In this document: positions 53,777-64,000 of the stretch, one piece after another
Numbering within the stretch: position 1 is the first letter of the stretch
Layout of the letters: the number at the start of each line of letters is the position of its first letter
Origin: the human T2T-CHM13v2.0 reference genome, Homo sapiens
DNA length: 64,000 nucleotides
Strand: one strand, 5' to 3'
Assembly (NCBI RefSeq): GCF_009914755.1
Contig: NC_060936.1
Notes under the pieces: generated by a model
Databases searched by the model: none
The model's input: the letters and a program-made list of their open reading frames with translations, nothing else
Told to the model about the DNA's origin: nothing
Made by a program: the position numbers and the translations under genes

Positions 53777-54548
53777 AGTTTTGTCTTTTTAAGATGCATG
53801 AAATAACAGTGCATGTCTGCACTGTTGGGAAAATTCCAGAAGAGAAGGAGAAACGGATGATACAGGAGAGAGAAGGGTTGTGGAGTGTTCAGTCTTTCAG
53901 CAGGTGGAAGAAAATATGACTTGGTGTGCCAGTAGGGAGGCCAGCCTCAGACAGGAGCACTGGCCCCTCACCCTCAGTGGTAGGAGGGAAGGTAGGGACT
54001 CTGGGCCCAAGCATGGGGAGGTGGCAGAGGCCTGTGTGGTGTCTTCTCCTATTGCTCACATTATTTTCAGTGGCCTACGGCCATTGAGAATGAGGTGAGG
54101 GAGGAAGCACTGGAGGTTTGAGGAGAAAAGAGAGAGAAGGAGTGGACTGGAAGACTAGGAGGGAGAATAGAATAGGGAAATATCGAGCGGTTGCCAGGAA
54201 GCATTAGGGCCCACTTGAGGTTGATGGTCCTGTGTTTGAAGTGAGAGCTGTAAGCATGGTTTTGTCTTTCTCAAGCTGCGTTCAGCTTTGGTGGTATAGC
54301 TGTAGACTCAGAAAAAGTTAGCTTTAGCCAGTTTGGGGGCTTTGCCGGAAAATACATCAAGAAAGGAGAGAGTGGCCAGGGAGCTGAGGGAGCATGTAAG
54401 GAATGGATGATGATATCGATATGGATGTTGATTCATATAATGATGGCACTTGGGCTCTAAGGAGGGAAATAAGGACCTGATAGGGGTAGGGATGTGAAAA
54501 GGTGGCAGGGTCTGTGTTGGAAGTTGAAGTTGAGTTTAAAGATTGTTA

Positions 54549-54852
<304 letters not shown>

Positions 54853-55405
54853 TTGTTGGAACTAGAGAATTGGAAAGGGGAATTATTGGACTGTGGGGGC
54901 TTGATATTGAGGTCATGGAGGGATGGAGTTATTGGCAATGACAGGGTCTGCCATATGATTGTCAAGATCATTGGCAGAGAGGTGTCAAGGAACTGAGGTG
55001 GTTACCAGAGTACTAAATGGCTCCATCATCTGTGTGGAAATCGCAGTCACCAAGAGAGTGAGGAGCTACATATTCAAGGAACGAAGGGAAGTGGCCAGGG
55101 CTGGGGTGGTCTGTAATGATCACAATGAGGAGGGACCTGGGGTGGTTTGAGCTGACAGCATGGGCTTTGAAGCTGGGGAGGAAGTGTTGGAAAGAGAGAA
55201 GAAGGATCTTCCAGAAGAGGCTGCAAGACACAAATAGGACAGCTAGATGAGGGAGAGGAAGCAGCCAGGCCTTGAGAGGGGCCTGGGGAAGCTGTGGCCT
55301 CGAAGGAGAGCTGGTTTCAGTAATATTGAGAAGGGGAAAGGAACAATCAGAGAAGAGGTTGAAGACATGGGGGCTTCTGTTGATAACTGGCTGTGAGTTA
55401 TAGTC

Positions 55406-55799
<394 letters not shown>

Positions 55800-56542
55800 T
55801 AATACCCTCCCCTGGCTTTCCATCTTAGAACTCAGTCTGACTCCCTTGCTGCCAGGGCCTGCATACCAGGCTTTCCGTGATCTGGCCTTTCACCACTTCT
55901 CTGACCTCTCATGCCATTCTCTCCTTTGTTTACTTAACCCCAGACATCCTGATTTAAGACTATGCTAAGCATGTTCCTGCCCCAGGGCCTTTGCATGTGC
56001 TGTTTCCTCAGTCTAGTACATTCTTCCCCACATCTTTCTATGGCAGACTCTTTCTTGACTGTCTGGTCCTAGAGCACACATCTCTCTGCACCTGCCTACC
56101 CAGTCTTCAGTAGCCTCCCCTTACTCACAGTGACATTACTGTTTTATTTTCTTCATGGCCCATCACTATTAGGAATGACCTTACTTCTCTACCTCTCTTT
56201 ATTGAAATGTGCTCAGAAAAACATAAGTTAAATGAATGAGATAGGCTGAGTGATTGGTCGACTCTGCCAATAGCAGGTTAAGACTTGTGCCTTAAATCTT
56301 ATAAGACATTCTGAAGTCATGGAGCGATGGCCCTTCACAGCCATGTCAGAAACCACTTGGTTTCAGACAGCCTGGGTTCTGGCCTACAATGAAATGAAAC
56401 TAAGTCTCATATCTGTGACTCATATGAAGCTCCCAGTACCATTCAAAATTAGGAATTCTAAAGGGGGATGTTTTCTTATAATGGTAGAGCATCCCACTAT
56501 GTTTATTTTAAATGTCATGGATTTATTTAGAAAAATAATTTA

Positions 56543-56939
<397 letters not shown>

Positions 56940-57593
56940 GGGAATAGGCATCTAGTATAAGTAGATAAAAAGCAATTAGATAAACAATGAGCTCTAAAAA
57001 GTCTAGTATTTTATTGTTGGAACCTCAGATCCAACCTGTGCTGAATTTGTCTGTGTGGGTGGAAAGTGAATTTTTGCAGGCTGAATATCTTGGGTTTGGA
57101 AGCAGTTTCTCAGTTTCTCCCATATTGCAAAGCATAGCACATGTGTTCAGTTATGGATTTCCACAAAACTGGCAATCCCGAACCAATGAATGGGTGAGGT
57201 TCCAAAAGTTCATTTGCAAGTTTGTTTGGCATGCAGAATGCATTTTCCCATAGAAACAATGTCATAAATTAAGGATTGATTCCCAAGCCAGCCCATAAAA
57301 TCCAAAATTATTTAATTTCAACAAATATTTATTGAACACCTAGTGAGAGCCTAATCTGGGGCATGAGATAGCTAGGTAGTATTGAGAGAAATCGGATGCC
57401 ATTCTTGGCTTTAAGGAACTCGCATGCTAGCTGGGAAGGCAGACTTATCAATGGCCAACATTCATTCATTCAATCCTACATCCAATCACAAATATTTTTT
57501 AAGCACAACAATGTGCTAAGTCCTATGCTCAGTGCTCAGGATACAGTTCTTTCTTGTCTCTATAGAGCTTGCAATCTAATGGGGGATATAATG

Positions 57594-58040
57594 TGTATCA
57601 GTTAGGTTTCTGATCTAGTAATGCTGTATAACAAACAACCCCCAAATCCTTAGTGGTCTAAAAGAGCAAACATTTATTTACATTTGTTTTTCATGCTCAT
57701 GGGTCAGCCTGTCAGCTATGGGAAGAAGGGTGGGGTCAATGTCAAGCTGAAGGTTGAGTTCAGGTCTGTTTCCCATGTTTCTCATTCTGTACATGCTCTT
57801 CTTAAGGCACATAGAAGTAGCATGAGAGACCAAGCTAAACTAGACAACATGTTCTAAGCCCTGGCTGACATCATGCTGACTAATATTCCATTGATAAAGC
57901 AAGCTGCATGGCCAAGCCCAATATCCATGGAGTAGGGAAATATATTCCACCTACTCTAGTGGAAGATTCTGCAAAGTGACCTGGCAAAAATGTAGTGTGG
58001 GTGTGTCATTCTAGTACAGGATGGATTGAAGAATTGGGAG
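57594..58040 (-). mobile_element. MaLR LTR (MLT1H/J/K-like)
   Basis: tgtatcagttagg...gctgtataacaaacaacccccaaatc...catggccaagccca. Confidence 0.65.
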
Positions 58041-59081
58041 CAATAATCCACTCTTATCAATAAGTAAAGGAGATAAATGAATAGAGTGTCATAAGGGCTA
58101 GCATGGGGGAAGTTTAGGGTTTCATGGGGGCACATAAAATTATCTAACCCAAACTTAACAGGTCAAGGAAGGCTTCCTGGAGGAAGGGATATCTAATCTG
58201 AACCTGAAGGGTAGGGGGATATCAGCTAGGTAAAGATGAGGCAGGGGAAGCTGGTGTAGGGACCAGGCTGTACAAAGGCCAGGAGAGCTTGGCCTGAAGC
58301 TCAGTGTGGACGAGCTTCACATTAAAGAATTTGAATTTTGTTGGAAGGACCTTGGGGAGCCATTGCAGGGCTTTAATTAAAAGTGCGACCAGATCAGGTG
58401 AGTGTTTTAGAACGAGAACTCTGGGGTGCAAGGTGGACCGGAGGGGACTGAGAAGAGCTGGCAGATCAGTTAGCAGGTGGCTGTAAACCAGTAAGAGACC
58501 AGGGACTGAATTAGAATGATAGTAGTGGTGAGGGAAGGAAGTGGGTGGATTAGAGAGCTATTTAGAAGATAGAATTGACAGGGCTTAGTGATTAATTAGA
58601 TTCCCCTTTGAGTCTGACACACTAAAAATAGGGCCATAAAATGAAAAATAAAATCTCAAGGTGGCCACTGTTTTTCTGGAAGATGTATCCTTTCTCCTTT
58701 GATCTCAGTCTTCATGAAGAAAACAAACAAGTGATACCCACATGTACACTTGATTCTTCCTGTGTCCCAGGCACTGGGCTAGGCACCCGGTTAGACCCCA
58801 AAAGATGGGCACCTGAGTCAAATGTGGGAGGGCTTCTGAGAGACACCAGCGCTGAGTCTCAGAGTGTGCAGTGGGGTGAGTTATTGCATTGAAGCTGGTG
58901 TTGAGATTACAGCGGAAGGAGTGCAGGCATCTGGCTGGGGTGACCAGATGGACAGAGGTGTCGGTTACTGAGTAGGGAGTGTAGAAGGAGTGGCCTGTTT
59001 GGGCTGCATGGGAAACGCGGGGGGTGGACTTCCACACTGGCAACATGGGCAGGACAGCCTATGAGGACAGAGGAAAGGTCC

Positions 59082-59504
59082 TGTGTTTGTCTGTTTTTGC
59101 ACTGCTATAATGAAATACCTGAGACTGGGTAATTTATAAAGAAAAGAGGTTAGTTGGCTCATGGTTCTGCTGGCTGTACAGGAAGCACGATACTGGCATC
59201 TGCTCAGCTTCTGGGGAGGCCTCAGGAAACTTACAATCATGGCAGAAGGTGAAGGGAAAGCAGGGCACGTCTTACATGGCTGGAACAGGAGGAAAGGGGG
59301 GTTGGGGAGGTGCCACACACTTTTAAACAACCAGATCTCAAGAGAACTCACCATCACAAAAACAGCACTGAGGAAATGGTGCTAAACCATTCATGAAGGA
59401 CCCACCCCTATGATCCAGTCACCTTTCACCAGGCCCCACCTCCAACACTGAGGATTACAATTGAACATGAGATTTGGGTGGAGACACAGATCCAAACGAT
59501 ATCA
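59082..59504 (-). mobile_element. MST-family MaLR solo LTR
   Basis: TG...CA termini; perfect 5-bp TSD GGTCC (59077-59081, 59505-59509). Confidence 0.92.
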
Positions 59505-59607
59505 GGTCCCAAATGCATTTTGCTTTGGATAGAATCTGGGCTTTGTGTGACCTGCCAGTTTCTTATCTCTGCCACTTCTCCTCTTCTATAAAGTGGCATT
59601 TATAATT

Positions 59608-59925
59608 GGCCAGGTATTGCAAAAAAGTGCTGGGATTACAGGCACATAATCCTGGGATTACAGGCACTTTGGGAGGCCGAGTTGGGTGAATCACTTGAGC
59701 CCAGGAGTTCAAGACCAGCCTGGGCAACATGGTGAAACCCTGTCTCTACAAAAAATACAAAAATTAGCTGGGTGTGGTGGCGCATGCCTGTGGTCCCAGC
59801 TACTCTGGAGGCTGAGGTGGAAGGATCATTTGAACATAGGAGGTTGAGGCTTCAGTGAGCCGTGATTGTACCACTGCACTCCAGCCTTGGTGACAGAACG
59901 AGACCTTGTCTCAATAATAATAGTA
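59608..59925 (+). mobile_element. AluJ with rearranged 5' end
   Basis: Normal Alu from 59664 onward; inverted Alu fragments at 59624-59666. Confidence 0.9.
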
Positions 59926-61349
59926 ATAGTACCTGCCTCAGAGGTTTGCTGAGAGAATTAAATTCCATAACGTACATCATTGTAGGCCCAGTGCCTGGCT
60001 CCTGGTAGGCAACGAAGTTGTGTCAACTGTCATTTGGTGGAAGCCCAAGGAGGCAGTCATTACTTGTCCCTGAGGTTGGGAAAGGCTTCAACGAGGAGGT
60101 GGCCTTAAAATTGGCCTTGAAGCCTGGGTAGACCTTCACCAGGGGAAGAGTGGTCGGGAGGCATTTCAGGCAGAAGAATCAGCGCAGTGAGAGGTCTGTG
60201 GAGAGACTGGCAGATGGAGTTCTATGCACTGGCTGTAGAAGGAAGGAAGTGGGTGGAGATGCTGGGTGGGCTCTCAGGGTGGACCTTACTAGCGGGTGCT
60301 GGGAACTCATGACAGGGTTTTAAGCAGAGGCCTTCCAGCGCCATATTTGTGTTTTAAAAAGATTATCCCGCTGGCAGTGTGGAAGATGAACCACGTTAAT
60401 CCAAGTCTCTCCCGGCCTCCCACCCCACCCTTCCTGGGTCACTTTCCTCTGGTGTGTTTTGTAAAGAGAGAGTTTATGTCACATCTCGTCCTGAGTCAGT
60501 TACTTGGTGGCTATTCTCCGAATTCATGTACCTCCCCACTGGGAGAGGTAGTACGTCTCCCAGTGCATCCATGGGGCCCCACTTGCTCTGGTTTTAGTGC
60601 CATGATGGAATCAGGGCTGGGTCCTCTTCAGAAAATGGGCCCTACAGGAAAGAGCACACTTGCATTCACCCTCCCAACACTTCGTGCTCCACCCTGCACT
60701 GGGTACACACAGGTGGAGGCAAGGCCCCCAGGCATGCTGCTTATAAGGTATCTGTATGCGTCCTTCAATTATCTGTACAAATTTCACATTCACTCCATAT
60801 TTTTCTACATGTTTCTTCCATGTTGACAGTTGGAAGACCTTCAAGCAGCCCCTGGTGGCTGTTTTTAGGTCTTCAGCTGCAGTTAGGCTGTTCCACGCAT
60901 GAGATCGTGAAAGAGATCATTTCTCGCTCGGTCTAACAGCAGGGCCCTGTGGTCAGTCTTCCTATCAGACTTTCTGAAGGGTTGGGAATAACAGAAGGGT
61001 ATTTTTAACACATGAGAGAAAACTGCCATCTGAATGCTAAACATATTTGTCCCCAACACCCCAGAGTAACAAATGAAAAGAATTACATGAGTTGCTTGTG
61101 GACACGTCCCAGCTCCTTTTTTTATCTTGCTCTCCTGTCTTGAGGGTTCTTCTCCAAGTGACACTCCTTCCTCAAGCCCCCCAGGCCTATCATTAACCTG
61201 CTGGGATCCTTCCCACCAGGACTGTGATTGCCCTGAAACTTGACCAGTATAATCCATGGTGCACAGTAATTTATGGCCATATTCTTCAGTAGCCTGAGTT
61301 AGTCTGTTCTGTCATCATGAGAGGTGAGCTACATACAGCAGAGAGGGCC

Positions 61350-61767
61350 CGATAGGGCTTAGATGTTTTGTCTCCTCCAAATCTCGTGTTGAAATGTGAC
61401 CTCCAGTACTGGAGGTGGGCCTGCTGGGAGGGGTCGGGTCATGGGAACGGATCCCTCATGAATGGCTTGGTGCTGTCCTTGGCAATAGTGAGCGAGTTCT
61501 CACTCTGAGTTCACAGGAGATCTGGTTGTTTAAGAGAGTGTGGCACCTGCCCCCTCACAGTCTTGCTCCCACCCTAGCCGTGTGACACACCTGTTCTCCC
61601 TTCGCTTCCAGCATGATTGGAAGCTTCCTGAGCCCCTCACCAGGAGCAGACACTACCCATGCTTCCTGTACAGCCTGTAAAATCATGAGCCAATTAAACC
61701 CCTTTTCTTTATAAATTATCCAGTCTCAGGTATTTCTTCATAGCTATGCAAAAAATGGACTAACACA
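61350..61767 (+). mobile_element. MSTB-like MaLR solo LTR
   Basis: ccaaatctcgtgttgaaatgtg...aattaaaccc...tggactaacaca; TSD gggcc / gggtc. Confidence 0.9.
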
Positions 61768-62033
61768 GGGTCACAGAAGGCTTTGCAGTAGAAAAGTCCA
61801 GATGGATGTGACTGTTCCTCATTCAGAAGGCGGCTGCAGTGCCCCTTCCACAGGGAGCCTGCCTCGAGTCCAGGCCTGGCCAGGAGACAGTGTGCATGGG
61901 TAGAGAAGAATATGCTTATCATACATTAGACACTACCTTGCACGTTCTGTGCCATGTTCCATTTAGTCCTCCTGGTACCCCATGAAGAAAGCACTATTAC
62001 AATCCCCACTTCTTAGAGAACAGCCTTAGCTTA

Positions 62034-62593
62034 TGTATAGTTTCCCACAGCTGCAGAAACAAATTCCCACAAACTTGGCAGCTTAAAACAACATGCACTT
62101 GTGATCTTACAGTTCTGGAGGTCACAAGCCTGCAGTGGGTTTCACTGGGCTGAAACCAAAGCATTGACAGGGCTGTGCTCCTTCTGGAGGCCCTTCTTTG
62201 CCTTTTCCAGCTTTTGGAAGCAGCCAGCATTCCTTGGCTCATGGTCCCTTCCTGCATCTTCAAAACCAACAGTGTGGCATCATCAGATTACATTGGGCCC
62301 ACCCAGATAATCCAAAATAATCTGCCCATTTTAAGATCCTCCACTTACTCACATCTGCAGAGTCCCCTTTGCCATGTCCTATGGTTTGAATGTATTCCCC
62401 CAAAGTTCATGTATTGGACACTTAATCCCCAGTGCAACAGTTTTGAGAGGTGGAACCTTTCGGACGTGATTAGGTCATGAGGACTCTGTCCTCATGAATG
62501 GATTAATGACATTATCACAGGAGTGGGTTAGTTATTGCAGGAGTGGGTTACTTATCACAGGAGTAGGTTCCTGATAAAATGATACATTAGGCC

Positions 62594-62635
<42 letters not shown>

Positions 62636-62890
62636 CCTCGTGCTTTCTTGCCCTTCCACCATGGAATGATGCAGCAAGAAGGCCCTCACCAGATGCAGGC
62701 CCCTTGACCCTGGACTGCCCAGTCTCTAGAACTGTAAAAAATAAATTTATTTTCTTTATAAATTTCCCAGTTAGTAGTATTCTGTAATAGCAACACAAAA
62801 TGGACTGAGACACCATGTAAGGTGACACAGTCACACATTCCAGGGATTAGGACCTGGACATCTTTGGGGGCCATTATTCTGCCTACTACT
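62034..62890 (-). mobile_element. MLT1 (C/D-like) LTR with a nested MST LTR
   Basis: Host MLT1 motifs on both sides of the insert. Confidence 0.85.
62377..62812 (+). mobile_element. MST (MSTC/D-like) LTR nested in MLT1; internal (CT)n at 62596-62638
   Basis: Perfect TSD CCATG at 62372-62376 and 62813-62817. Confidence 0.9.
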
Positions 62891-63234
62891 GGTTGTACAA
62901 GTAATGGATTCAACTCTGGGCTTAGCTCTAGCTCCTAAGCCATTAGAGCAAAACAAAGAGACACAGGCAAGGGACATTATCCCTCATGGCAGTGGGTGGA
63001 GAGGGGAGAGCCTGGAGCAAATGGCCCTAATGGAGCATTTGTGATAACTGCTATGTATAAGAAAGACACGGCACTCAGGGCCCACCTGAGTCAGAGAAAA
63101 CCCTCCATCTTGAAAGCTTAGGCAACCATGCATTCATTTAACAGGTATTTACTGAGTACCTGATATGTGTCAGTCACTGTCCTAAGCACTGGGATTCTAA
63201 GCACTAGCAGTGAGTAACACAGGTCAAAATCCCT

Positions 63235-63684
63235 CCACACGTATGTTCATTGCAGCACTATTCACATTAGCAAAGACATGGAATCAACCCAAATGCCCAT
63301 CCATGATAGACTGGATAAAGAAAATGTGGTACATATGTGCCATGGAATGAAAAGGAATGAGCAGCCATGAAAAGGAATGAGATCATGTCCTTTTGGGGAT
63401 GTGGATGGAGCTGGAAGCCATTATCCTCAGCAAACTAACGCAGGAACAGAAAACCAAATACCGCATGTTCTCACTTATAGGTGGGAGGTGAACAATGAGA
63501 ACACATGGACACAGGGAGGGGACAACACACATAGGCTCAGCTAATGCAAGCTGAGCTTAATACCTAGTTGATGAGTTGATAGGTGCAGCAAACCACCCTG
63601 GCACACATTTGCCTATGTAACAAACCTACACATCCTGCACATGTACCCTGGAACTTAAAATGAAAATAAAAATTGAAAAAAAAA
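63235..63684 (+). mobile_element. 5'-truncated L1PA-type 3' end inserted in an L2 relic
   Basis: cgtatgttcattgcagcactattcac...ctggaagccattatcctcagcaaactaac...A-tail; TSD aaaatccct. Confidence 0.92.
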
Positions 63685-63715
63685 TCCCTGCCCTCATGGA
63701 GTTCCCTCTAGTGAG

Positions 63716-64000
63716 GTGTTTTAGTTTCCCAAGGCTGCCATAACAAATTACTACCAACACAAATTTATCGTCTCCCAGTTCTGGAGGCCAGAAGTCTGAA
63801 ATCAAGGTGTCAGCAGAGCCGGGCTCCCTCTGGAGGCTATAGGGGCAAATCCTTCCTCACCTCTCCCAGCTCCGGGTGACTCCTGGTGTTTCTTGGCTTG
63901 GGGTAGGATAACCATCTCTGCCTTGGTCTTCACATGACCTTCTTCTGTGTGTCCAAATCTCCCTCTTCTTTCTCCTAGAAAATTCCCATTCACTGGGACA
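63716..64000 (-). mobile_element. MLT1 LTR (runs off the window end)
   Basis: ggctgccataacaaatta...cagttctggaggccagaagtctgaaatcaaggtgtcagcag. Confidence 0.85.

Overview
Primate (human-like) genomic DNA containing the 5' part of PLXNC1 (plexin C1) on the + strand. This comprises a CpG-island promoter and coding exons 1-4 (14127-15188, 34299-34439, 46599-46733, 51524-51624; 479 codons + 2 nt, covering signal peptide, Sema domain and the start of the PSI domain). The gene continues beyond the window. About 7 kb upstream lies a TSD-flanked processed pseudogene of RCOR2 (5056-7139). The rest is Alu, MIR/L2/CR1, L1, MaLR LTR and hAT DNA-transposon relics plus microsatellites. I see no prokaryote-type system, CRISPR array or RNA gene. 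The best leads are at the RNA level. (1) The RCOR2 retrocopy appears to preserve an isoform with an in-frame 44-codon N-terminal extension that lacks about 72 codons of the LSD1-binding linker. (2) PLXNC1 has several splicing and polyadenylation oddities: an Alu-born AG|GTAAG recursive site with a poison exon, a donor reconstituted at the exon 3/4 junction, a poly(A) tract at the exon 3 acceptor, a stop+AATAAA cassette that could give a soluble Sema-only receptor, and an in-frame Alu exon. (3) A strong-Kozak polyproline uORF sits in the 5' UTR. (4) Intron 4 has an RFX X-box CpG-rich element. (5) There is a probable Alu-Alu template-switch chimera. All functional interpretations are hypotheses from sequence alone. 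Protein comparisons and repeat subfamily names are from memory, not from database searches.
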